DNA of 64,000 nucleotides from Microgenomates group bacterium (GTDB lineage: Bacteria; Patescibacteriota; Microgenomatia; Daviesbacterales; UBA10151): the NCBI GenBank assembly GCA_041659805.1, contig JBAZXP010000001.1, positions 192,589-256,588 of the forward strand, written 5' to 3'. This document shows, piece after piece, positions 55,620 to 64,000 of this stretch. Within the stretch, counting starts at the first letter, position 1; each line of letters starts with the position of its first letter. The notes under the pieces are model-generated. The model was not told where the DNA came from. It ran no database searches and saw nothing but the letters and a program-made list of their open reading frames with translations. A program made the translations under genes and the position numbers.

Positions 55620-56420
55620 ATGAAAAGAAAGTTGTTTTTAGGTTTGGTGTTTGTCTGTGCAATTTTATTAAGTATTCAGATCGGAAAGCAAGTTTTATCT
55701 GAGGTTTTCGGTATAGTTCCCAAAGGTGGTTTAAAAGTTGCGTCAGTCCCGGACGCAACAGTTTATTTAAATGGAATAGAGGTAGGGAAAACCCCATACA
55801 GGGATGATAATTTAAATACCGGCGAATATCTGGTTAAACTTATTAGTGATAATTCAAATTGGCAGGGTAAAATCGTTTTAACAAAAGGAACCCTGTCAGT
55901 TATTAACAGAAGTCTTGCTCCAAGCGTTGCTTCTTCTTCTGGGGAAACATTGGTTTTGGATAAAGGTCAGGGAGTAATAGTTACTTCTTCTCCTGCAGAT
56001 GCTGTCGTAGAGATTGACGGCAAACAAGTTGGGAAAACACCCTTGTTTGTGTCTTTATTATCTTCCGGTGTTCATGGATTTAATATTTCTCATGATGGTT
56101 ATTTAACCAGAGTGGTTGATGTAGTGTTGCCTGCTGACTTAGCACTTCATATTAATGTTGATTTGGCCTTAGTTGAAAGGCATGAAAGTATTACAGTTAC
56201 GCCGACTGTTGCGGTGGTAAAAAAAATAAAAATTAAGCAAACGCCGCTTGGATATTTGCGCCTTAGGGAAAGTCCCAGTATAAACAGTAAAGAAGTTGCA
56301 CAGGTCTCTTCAGGGGAGGAGTTGGAAGTCGTTCTTGAGGTTCCCGGTTGGACTAAAGTTAGGCTAAAAAATAATTTAGAAGGGTATGTGTCTTCGCAAT
56401 ATGTTCAAAAAATACCCTAA
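55620..56420 (+). CDS. anchored protein with two PEGA domains and a C-terminal SH3b domain
   Basis: PDATVYLNGIEVGKTPY and ADAVVEIDGKQVGKTPL, then a C-terminal GYVSSQYV SH3-like segment. Confidence 0.65.
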   Translation: MKRKLFLGLVFVCAILLSIQIGKQVLSEVFGIVPKGGLKVASVPDATVYLNGIEVGKTPYRDDNLNTGEYLVKLISDNSNWQGKIVLTKGTLSVINRSLAPSVASSSGETLVLDKGQGVIVTSSPADAVVEIDGKQVGKTPLFVSLLSSGVHGFNISHDGYLTRVVDVVLPADLALHINVDLALVERHESITVTPTVAVVKKIKIKQTPLGYLRLRESPSINSKEVAQVSSGEELEVVLEVPGWTKVRLKNNLEGYVSSQYVQKIP

Positions 56421-56422
56421 AA

Positions 56423-57361
56423 TTAATAATTACCCAAATAGTAAACAATAACAATAACCATGATTAGCCACGAGATTACGATTGAAAGAAGTGGTGTGTC
56501 TGTGAGAAGTACTTTTTCCGGTGACTCGCCTTCTTTTTTTTCATAGATCACATACAAGTACCTCATTACACCGTAAATAACGAGCGGCACTGTGATCATC
56601 ATGTATTTAGCTTCTGCAAAAGGAAGTGATCCGATATCCAATCCGAAAATATTATGCCTTAGCGCAACCGGCGATTGTTGAAAAGCAAATAAAGCATAAG
56701 TCAGCCAGGCCGAGTTGGCGAACATAGAAGTTAAGATATCTAAAAGATTTTCAGGATAATGAAGCAAGGTCTCTCTGTGTTTGGCAGCAATATCTTTTTG
56801 TGCCATCAGGGTTAGTTCTGATCGCCTTTTTCCTATTGCAAGAAAAAGAGAGAAAGAAATAATTGATAATAAAAACCAGACATTTAAGTGTGCATCGATT
56901 GCCCAGATACCTGCATAAACCCGGAGGACAAATCCGGCAGCAATTACCATTACATCTAGTAAGATTACTGATTTAAAGTAGGCAGAATAAAAAAGTTGCA
57001 ATAAAAGATATGCGAGCCCTGCATAAAATAATGAAGGACTGGTTAAATAAGCAAGGGGTAGAAGGACAGCAATAAGCCCTATAACAATCGATATTATCAA
57101 CGGAAGCGGTATACTGCCTGAGGCAATTGGGCGGTGAGATTTAATGGGATGTTGTCTGTCTCGTTCTATGTCAAAAACATCATTTAATAAATAAACAGCA
57201 GAAGAAAATCCACAAAATAGGAAGAATGCTTTGGTAATTAAAACAAATGAAGCAGGATTATCGAGTTGACCGGCAAAAACTAGTCCTGCAAACAGGGCAA
57301 AGTTTTTTATCCATTGTCTCGGCCTTGCGGCTCTAAATAATCCCCAAAAGAGTTTAACCAT
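56423..57361 (-). CDS. UbiA-family prenyltransferase (decaprenyl-phosphate phosphoribosyltransferase-like)
   Basis: NDVFDIERDRQHPIKSHRPIASG. Confidence 0.75.
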   Translation of the reverse strand: MVKLFWGLFRAARPRQWIKNFALFAGLVFAGQLDNPASFVLITKAFFLFCGFSSAVYLLNDVFDIERDRQHPIKSHRPIASGSIPLPLIISIVIGLIAVLLPLAYLTSPSLFYAGLAYLLLQLFYSAYFKSVILLDVMVIAAGFVLRVYAGIWAIDAHLNVWFLLSIISFSLFLAIGKRRSELTLMAQKDIAAKHRETLLHYPENLLDILTSMFANSAWLTYALFAFQQSPVALRHNIFGLDIGSLPFAEAKYMMITVPLVIYGVMRYLYVIYEKKEGESPEKVLLTDTPLLSIVISWLIMVIVIVYYLGNY

Positions 57362-58425
57362 AAAATCAAACCTGTAAAAATTAACACCACAATAATAAAG
57401 GCAAATAATTTTACCTCAGGGCTTACCAGTAAGGCAACTGCTCCCAACATAACAGATACTAAAATATAAAACAAGCTAATTTGTCTGTGGGACCAGCCAA
57501 TATCAAGAAGCTTATGATGCAAGTGACCCCTGTCTCCCCAGACCGGTGATTTTCCGCTGACTATTCGCCGGAAAAAAGTATAGATAAAATCTGTTGCAGG
57601 AACTGCTAACACAAGCAAAGCAGTTGCAACTTTTGCGCCGGATAAAATAGCCAGTACTGCCAACATGAAAGCAAGTATGGTGGAGCCGGAAAAACCGGGC
57701 AAAATTTTACTAGGGAACCAGTTAAAAAATAAAAATCCTAACGATACACTGGCAGTAATAAAACTCAATTTAGCGATATTCAACTGGTTAACGTCTCCCT
57801 GGTAGAAAAACTTCAAAGATAGTAATCCAAGTACGACTGCTGTCACAAAAGTAATACCGGGCATTTGTCCATCAACCCCCTTGGACCAATTAATTATTTG
57901 TGTTATTGCAACTATCCATAAAAGCGCAAAAAGATCAGCAATCAAAATAATATTATGTGTTCCAAAAAAATTAATTGTATAAACAATTTCGTCCAGCCGG
58001 ATTATAGGAATAGTCCAAGAGGTTGGTAAGAACGAAAAGAAAGACAGGGGGTTGGTTGTAAAAGAAATCCCGATACCGCTTCCTACTGCAAAGAGGGCTG
58101 CAATAAAAAGTAACCCCAACCGGATATAAGGACTAAATTTTATTGCTTTATCATCGGCGATGCCTATTATAAGTAACAAGGTGATACCGGCAAATATTCC
58201 GATTAGATATTTTTGAACTGGTAAAAAAATTAAGCTTGATATTACAATGCCGAGATAAATGGCCAATCCTCCTGCTCTGGGAATAACTCGTGTTTGGACA
58301 TGGGCAGGGTGTGGTCTTTTATTAGGGTCATCAACTAAACCTTGTTTTTTTGCAAACTTAATTACAAAAGGAGTCAAGAATAAGGTCACTATTAAAGAAA
58401 ATAAAGTCGGAAATATTATCTCCAT
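57307..58425 (-). CDS. glycosyltransferase family 4 (MraY/WecA-like polyprenyl-phosphate sugar-1-phosphate transferase)
   Basis: IGIADDKAIKFSPYIRL and the PVWGDRGHLHHKLLD motif. Confidence 0.75.
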   Translation of the reverse strand: MEIIFPTLFSLIVTLFLTPFVIKFAKKQGLVDDPNKRPHPAHVQTRVIPRAGGLAIYLGIVISSLIFLPVQKYLIGIFAGITLLLIIGIADDKAIKFSPYIRLGLLFIAALFAVGSGIGISFTTNPLSFFSFLPTSWTIPIIRLDEIVYTINFFGTHNIILIADLFALLWIVAITQIINWSKGVDGQMPGITFVTAVVLGLLSLKFFYQGDVNQLNIAKLSFITASVSLGFLFFNWFPSKILPGFSGSTILAFMLAVLAILSGAKVATALLVLAVPATDFIYTFFRRIVSGKSPVWGDRGHLHHKLLDIGWSHRQISLFYILVSVMLGAVALLVSPEVKLFAFIIVVLIFTGLILWLNSFGDYLEPQGRDNG

Positions 58426-58838
58426 CAGATAAAAATTGAAACAATCTGAAAAGCTGTGATAACTAAAATTAAATCAATGATGATGAGGGAAACCATCAGC
58501 ATTCTTTTTAGTAAATATTGGACACTATGTAGTTGGGAAGCAATTAATGAATTTACCAAACAGATTAAGATTAAGGCAATAGGTAATAAGAGGAATTGTT
58601 GCTTGGTGGCAAGCTGTCCTTCTCCCCAGGCAAGTGAGTAAAAAAGAGGTAGTTTGTCCGGTAAGTGGTTATAAAAAATAAAGAATAATGAAAGTATTAA
58701 TAGGGAGGATATAATGGTTACTAAAACGGGGATTACAAAATATTTATCTGAAGACCCCCAAATTTTGATAATTCCGGTAAACATTTTATTCTTTTGTCCT
58801 TGCTTTAACAGTTGTTCTAAATTCCATATATTTTCCAA
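58425..58838 (-). CDS. small polytopic membrane protein, unknown
   Basis: Hydrophobic 137-aa ORF inside the glycan operon. Confidence 0.4.
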   Translation of the reverse strand: MENIWNLEQLLKQGQKNKMFTGIIKIWGSSDKYFVIPVLVTIISSLLILSLFFIFYNHLPDKLPLFYSLAWGEGQLATKQQFLLLPIALILICLVNSLIASQLHSVQYLLKRMLMVSLIIIDLILVITAFQIVSIFI

Positions 58839-60576
58839 ACATTAATCTGGTTTGTGCATCAATAGCAGGTAGGGCAGAGATGGTAACCATGATAACAGGA
58901 ATTAATACCCACTGGATATATGACCAGAATTTTTCCAAAAAATTCCATGATTTAGGTCTTGGAGGAACGGTTCTTTCATGAATATAAATAGTAGAAAAAA
59001 TTCCAAAAAAGGCGCCTGTTAAAATATACGATGAGACAATAGGCAAGTTATAAGCAACAGCCGATTCAGTATAGTGAGGGTTTACAATAGGGATAAGAAG
59101 TCCGGCGAATGTGACAAACAAAGCCAGTGTTCCCCATTTAAAATCACCCCAAATTTTAAAAAGCACCTGATCTGTTTTATTCCAAAAATCAATTTCAGTT
59201 GAATTAAAATAAGACCGGATGATAAAAGGCATGTGTTCTACACCATAAGCCCATCGTTTCAATTGTAAATATTGATTTTGGATTGTTTTTAGAATTGTTA
59301 CATCAAGTACAGCATCAGCAGAAATTGGCATGTAATGGGGAACGACCTTATAATGCCCATTGTAATGGAAATAAGCCTTCCAATAAAATCCGGAATCATC
59401 GTTTACTTTATCGGGGATCCAAAGTCCAACATCCAGAAGTGACTTCATATTCATAGAAAGAGAGGAGAAATTTGAATATTTATCAGAACCTACCATTTCT
59501 GCTAATTGCCAGAAGGCTGTACCTGTGGCAATAAGTCTCATTGGTGCAGGCGCTTGCCAATAGTTATTATAATAAAGAAAAACTCCAGTATAGGATCTGC
59601 GTATGCGATCACGCGGTGGTGTTGCTAAATATTTATGTAACATGCCGGCAAGAAATTGCGGATGGATCACAAAATCAGCATCCAGTGTAGTAACAATAAC
59701 TTTTTCCGTGTCTATTTTTAATTTGGTAAATTCTTTGGTTGCATTATTGATGACAAAGTTTCGGTTCGTGGCAGGGCCGGCGAGCTCACCGGGTAAGCCG
59801 TAAGGGTGGATGGTAATAAAAGCTCCGCCAATTTTATGAGCATTTTCTTCAAAATATTTTTGTACCTCAGCAATTTTTCCGGGGTCATCTCTTTGTTCCA
59901 GCCCTACACCGAGAAAGATTTTTTTATTTGGATACTCCGAATTAATTATGGCGTCAAAGGCAGGTTTTAATACCTCCAGCGATTCTTTATAAGTAGGAAT
60001 TACGACGAGTTGATAGTAATCTTGCCACTCCTCCGGATAATCAGCATCCAATTTTTCCAGCCAGTTTTGTGATTTTGCATAATTCATTTTTTTATAGCCG
60101 ATATAAATTAAGATGGCAATTTTACAAGCGTTAAAAAGCCAATAAATATCTGCAATTAAAATAATATAGGCGACTGCAAAAGGAAGAGTGAAAGATAGCC
60201 AAATTGGAGAGGTTAAGGCCAACCAGGTTAAGGCCCCTGGAAAAATTTCGAACAATCGATCAATACCTTTTTCATGTTTTTTTGCAAATCTGGCTTCTGC
60301 CTCAGGAAATAAAAAATATCTTTTTGATAGGATATGATGAGCGATGAGTCCTAATCCCGAACCGATACTGATCCAGGCGATAAGGGTTTTTAGAGGGTCG
60401 ATGCCCGACATAATACCGATTATTATTCCAAAAGTTATCAAAATGATCCCAAACACGCTATGGCTGATGGGGGTGATTTTTTTAATTAAAGGGATTTTAC
60501 GGTTGATGACAACAATCAACTCTCCAATATAAAAAAAGAAAATAAAACTAATTAAAAAACTTAGTAAGATCCTCAT
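58786..60576 (-). CDS. processive family-2 glycosyltransferase (cellulose/chitin/hyaluronan-synthase-like) with flanking TM helices
   Basis: DxD (TLDADFV) and the QxxRW motif (QLKRWAYG). Confidence 0.75.
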   Translation of the reverse strand: MRILLSFLISFIFFFYIGELIVVINRKIPLIKKITPISHSVFGIILITFGIIIGIMSGIDPLKTLIAWISIGSGLGLIAHHILSKRYFLFPEAEARFAKKHEKGIDRLFEIFPGALTWLALTSPIWLSFTLPFAVAYIILIADIYWLFNACKIAILIYIGYKKMNYAKSQNWLEKLDADYPEEWQDYYQLVVIPTYKESLEVLKPAFDAIINSEYPNKKIFLGVGLEQRDDPGKIAEVQKYFEENAHKIGGAFITIHPYGLPGELAGPATNRNFVINNATKEFTKLKIDTEKVIVTTLDADFVIHPQFLAGMLHKYLATPPRDRIRRSYTGVFLYYNNYWQAPAPMRLIATGTAFWQLAEMVGSDKYSNFSSLSMNMKSLLDVGLWIPDKVNDDSGFYWKAYFHYNGHYKVVPHYMPISADAVLDVTILKTIQNQYLQLKRWAYGVEHMPFIIRSYFNSTEIDFWNKTDQVLFKIWGDFKWGTLALFVTFAGLLIPIVNPHYTESAVAYNLPIVSSYILTGAFFGIFSTIYIHERTVPPRPKSWNFLEKFWSYIQWVLIPVIMVTISALPAIDAQTRLMFGKYMEFRTTVKARTKE

Positions 60577-60614
60577 AACTTGAGCAGCTAGTTAATTATA
60601 TCTCAAAAACAGTT

Positions 60615-61418
60615 TTAGGGTAAGTGGAAGAGGGTTTTGGCATTATTAAAAGTGGTTTGGGCAACTTCATCAAATGATAAATTTTTGATTTCTGCAATTT
60701 TTTTTATAACTTCTATAACATTGGCTGGTTCATTTCTTTGCCCTCTTAAAGCTTGTGGAGGAAGAAAAGGACAATCTGTTTCAGTTAAAATTCTATCCAA
60801 AGGAATGGTTATTAAAATTTCCCTTAATTCTTCATTTTTAGGATAGGTGATTGTGCAATTAATTCCTAGATAAAATCCTAAATCCAGAATTTTTTTGGCA
60901 GTTTCTAAATTTCCACCAAAACTATGAAAAACACCATTTAAGCCATTAAGTTCTGGCACAAAAATATCAGAGCCACAATCCCTGGAATGAACTATTAAAG
61001 GTAAATTTAGTTTTTTTGCTAAATTAATTTGGGCCAGAAATAATTTTTTTTGGTTGATTTTTTCATCTTCTGTGATAGGTTCAGTAGAGAATTTGGGATT
61101 GCGATAATAATCCAATCCGCATTCACCAACAGCAATAACTTTTTCTTGGTGTTTTAAATAAATTTGTTCTAACTGAGAAACGTTTTTGATAATGGATTCG
61201 TTACTATTGATATGGGCAATTTCTTCGGGGTGTAGCCCGATTGAAGAATAACTAACAACAGGATTGCAATCTAAAATGGAAGCATCAATACTAGATTGCA
61301 TGTCTGCTCCAACGTTTATCACTATTCCAATATCCGCGTCTTTGGTTCTTTTTATAACTTCTTGAAAGTCTGGTTTAAACGAATCCCAGGTTAAATGTGC
61401 ATGTGTGTCGACTATCAT
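60615..61418 (-). CDS. tatD: TatD-family metal-dependent DNase/hydrolase
   Basis: MIVDTHAHL. Confidence 0.85.
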   Translation of the reverse strand: MIVDTHAHLTWDSFKPDFQEVIKRTKDADIGIVINVGADMQSSIDASILDCNPVVSYSSIGLHPEEIAHINSNESIIKNVSQLEQIYLKHQEKVIAVGECGLDYYRNPKFSTEPITEDEKINQKKLFLAQINLAKKLNLPLIVHSRDCGSDIFVPELNGLNGVFHSFGGNLETAKKILDLGFYLGINCTITYPKNEELREILITIPLDRILTETDCPFLPPQALRGQRNEPANVIEVIKKIAEIKNLSFDEVAQTTFNNAKTLFHLP

Positions 61419-61419
61419 T

Positions 61420-61728
61420 TTATTTAATCCAAGTCCAAAGCCAAAAGGCTATAAAAGCAATAAATAAACTTACAGACGATATCCCCATCAATCCAAACTC
61501 ATTGGCCCCAAGTGATTTGATTGTTAATAACAATACTATAGCCTCAATTGGTATAGCCCAATAAGAGTAAAATTTCCCCAAAAGATTAATTCCGTGAACT
61601 GGTTTTTTATGACCGATATCAATTAATGGATGGTGAATATGCAAAATATCTTGCAGCAAATCTCGAGTCAGATGATAGGAAGCCCAAATAAATAAAAGCC
61701 AAATAACAGCGCCCTCTATTTGAGTCAT
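61420..61728 (-). CDS. small membrane protein, unknown
   Basis: 102-aa ORF with 2-3 TM helices. Confidence 0.4.
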   Translation of the reverse strand: MTQIEGAVIWLLFIWASYHLTRDLLQDILHIHHPLIDIGHKKPVHGINLLGKFYSYWAIPIEAIVLLLTIKSLGANEFGLMGISSVSLFIAFIAFWLWTWIK

Positions 61729-61737
61729 AAAAATATT

Positions 61738-63156
61738 TTATCCTATTCTTGGAAAAAGAGATGGACCTGATTTAATTTTGCCGGAAAACTGTTTTAAGAT
61801 TTTTTCAGAAGTTTCTGGCAAAAAAGGTTTTAAGCTTAAAGCAATAGAATGGATTTTAGTACTGCTTTCTGATATAAATTCCTTTAATGGCGCCTCTTCT
61901 AATTTCCAAGGTTCTACCTCATTGATTTTTTTATCCAATGCAGCAATATCCTGCCAAATTACTGACAAGGCTTCATTAAATTTAAATTCCTTTAGTTTTT
62001 CTGTAACAACCAGATCAAAGATCTCTGTGGTTTTAGTTACTTCAAAATCAATTTTTTCTGCCAGTTTGGCAATTCTGGCAATAAGATTTCCCAAACCATT
62101 GGCTAAATCTGCATTATAGGTTTCTCTAAATTTATCTTCAGAAAAATCACTGTCGGAAAAAGGGGAGATTTTGGCTAAACAATAATATCTGAGCGCATCT
62201 GCTCCCAATTTTTCTATTAAAGGGATCGGATCTAAAACGTTACCCACAGTTTTGGACATTTTCTGACCATTAACAGTAATATATTCATGGACAAACAATT
62301 CTTTTGGCAATTCTAGTTTTGCTGAAAGCAAAAATGCAGGCCAATAAATTGCATGAAAGCGGGTGATACCTTTTCCGACAACATGTACATTGGCAGGCCA
62401 CCATTTTTGATATTTTTCTGCGTCTGTTCCAAAACCAATGCCGCTTTGATAAATGTTTAAAGCATCAAACCAAACATAGATTTTTTGAGAAGAGTCGTTG
62501 GGGACATCTACCCCCCAGTCTTTAGCCCGTTTATTAGTTCTGGAAATACTAATATCCTGTAATGGGTTTTTTAAAAAAGATAGAATTTCATTCTTGCGAG
62601 ATGAAGGTGTAATTTTATATTTGTCAGCACTAATAATTTTAATTAACTCATCTTGATATTTAGAAAGTTTGAAGAAATAGTTTTCTTCCTCCACTTCTTC
62701 TAACTTTTTTCCGGGGTGTTCAAAACATTCACCATTTTCATCTAACTCTTCGCTTGTATAAAAGGCTTCACAACCAACACAATATAATCCTTTATAGATT
62801 TTTTTATAAATATCTCCTGACTTATCACAAAGTTCCCATAATTTTTGAGAGGCTAGGTGATGATTTTTATCACTGCCTTTTTGAAAAACATCAAAATCAA
62901 CATTTAAAGACTTTGCTAAATTTTTAAAAAAATCAGCATTTTGGTCAACAAATTTTTGGATATCCAATCCTGAGTCTTCTGCAGCAGTGACGTTTTTTAT
63001 GGCATTTTCATCACTGCCGGATAAAAACAAAACATCATCCCCTAAAATCTTATGATAACGCGCGATAACATCACCTTGGATAAATTCTAAGGCGTGACCA
63101 ATATGTGGTTTAGCATTAACGTAAGGAATTGCTGTTGTAATGTAGTATTTGCTCAT
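61738..63156 (-). CDS. metG: methionyl-tRNA synthetase (minimal form)
   Basis: TTAIPYVNAKPHIGHALE and KMSKTVGNV. Confidence 0.85.
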   Translation of the reverse strand: MSKYYITTAIPYVNAKPHIGHALEFIQGDVIARYHKILGDDVLFLSGSDENAIKNVTAAEDSGLDIQKFVDQNADFFKNLAKSLNVDFDVFQKGSDKNHHLASQKLWELCDKSGDIYKKIYKGLYCVGCEAFYTSEELDENGECFEHPGKKLEEVEEENYFFKLSKYQDELIKIISADKYKITPSSRKNEILSFLKNPLQDISISRTNKRAKDWGVDVPNDSSQKIYVWFDALNIYQSGIGFGTDAEKYQKWWPANVHVVGKGITRFHAIYWPAFLLSAKLELPKELFVHEYITVNGQKMSKTVGNVLDPIPLIEKLGADALRYYCLAKISPFSDSDFSEDKFRETYNADLANGLGNLIARIAKLAEKIDFEVTKTTEIFDLVVTEKLKEFKFNEALSVIWQDIAALDKKINEVEPWKLEEAPLKEFISESSTKIHSIALSLKPFLPETSEKILKQFSGKIKSGPSLFPRIG

Positions 63157-63187
63157 GTTTGGATTGTAGCCTTTCTGAGGCTAACTG

Positions 63188-63559
63188 TCAAAGTTTTTGT
63201 GTCTTTCTTAGCTTTAAACTTTGAATTTTTGATGTTTGTGCTTTTCGTGTTTTTTTAAAGGAAATAGTAATAAATACTGTGGCAAGAATAGTTAAAATAA
63301 TAGACACAAGATTTAACATATCAAGCGACTTAAAAATTAATAATAGAATAATTCCTAAACTGATAATAAAACTTCTGATTAAAAACTGTAAAAAAATATC
63401 TAATAAAAACATTAAAAATAAAAATAGGGGCATAAAAAATAATAAAAGAGTGGCAAAACTAGCTGAAGTTAGTGTTTGAGGCGGTTGGGTTGTAAAAACA
63501 ACAACACCAAAAATAATTGCAAATATAAATGTAGGCAGGATTTTTTTAATTAAACTCAC
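63188..63559 (-). CDS. small membrane protein, unknown
   Basis: Hydrophobic 123-aa ORF. Confidence 0.4.
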   Translation of the reverse strand: MSLIKKILPTFIFAIIFGVVVFTTQPPQTLTSASFATLLLFFMPLFLFLMFLLDIFLQFLIRSFIISLGIILLLIFKSLDMLNLVSIILTILATVFITISFKKTRKAQTSKIQSLKLRKTQKL

Positions 63560-63667
63560 TGATTAATTGTATCTTAAAGCAAAAATATTTGACAGAAGTT
63601 TTTTACAATGCAACAATTTAAAGTAATGCCATATTCCTTGGCTTGAAATTCCTGTAAAATAAAACAA

Positions 63668-64000
63668 TATGAAGAATAATAAGGTTGTTATTTCAAAGGA
63701 TGGTCCGTATTTAGTGTTCGGTAACTTACCTTTGGATAAACAAATAATTATGCCGGATCAAGACGGAATTCCATATAAATATAAACAAGTAGAAAAATTC
63801 AAAACAGAAAAAGAATATTCACTTTGCCGTTGTGGTAAATCCAAAAACAAACCTTTTTGTGATGGTTCACACAAGAAAGGTTTCAATGGAGCTTGTGCAG
63901 CTAGTCGCGAAAAATATTTGGCTCAAGCGGAAATGTTAGAAGGGCCAGGAATTGATCTCTCTGATGCTTCCTCTTTTTGTGCGGATGCTGCTTTTTGTGA
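63668..64000 (+). CDS. CDGSH-type iron-sulfur domain protein (3' end beyond the window)
   Basis: CRCGKSKNKPFCDGSH motif. No stop codon before the window end. Confidence 0.6.

Overview
AT-rich bacterial chromosomal segment with small, tightly packed genes and many minimal-length housekeeping enzymes. It reads like an ultra-small Patescibacteria/CPR-type genome; that placement is inference, not a database result.

The window spans the replication origin. dnaA and dnaN lie on the minus strand, diverging from rpmH-rnpA-yidD-yidC-jag, with DnaA boxes on both sides of dnaA.

Other recognisable content:
- Housekeeping genes: partial dnaG, panD, smpB plus a tmRNA, valS, tsaD, murB, groES/groEL, metG, tatD, rplY and an rnhA-like gene.
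- A compact island of four tRNA-Ser isoacceptors and one tRNA-Arg, with an HNH endonuclease gene embedded.
- Several cell-envelope genes: SpoIID/LytB, M23 peptidases, a VanW-like gene, and UbiA / GT4 / GT2 glycan-synthesis genes.

The most striking feature is a ~16 kb plus-strand block (about 13.0-29.1 kb) directly beside dnaN that looks like a minimal Gram-positive-style type IV secretion apparatus. It contains:
- six tandem, diverged VirB2/TrbC-like mini-proteins sharing a conserved SGGEKEK inter-helix loop;
- a secreted GH-A (GH5-like) glycoside hydrolase;
- a TrbL/VirB6-like polytopic protein;
- a PrgI/VirB3-like protein fused to a beta-sandwich domain;
- a VirB4-family ATPase encoded as two overlapping ORFs;
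- an M23-like hydrolase with Gly/Ala-rich repeats;
- two Ig-like anchored proteins.

No relaxase, coupling ATPase or VirB11 is visible in the window, and two large unknown minus-strand genes interrupt the block.

I also see unusual 8-bp-periodic ATCAG arrays. One forms a long imperfect inverted repeat whose pairing is only good on the minus strand, suggesting a structured leader RNA.

All calls are from reading the ORF translations and the nucleotide sequence by eye. No searches were run.
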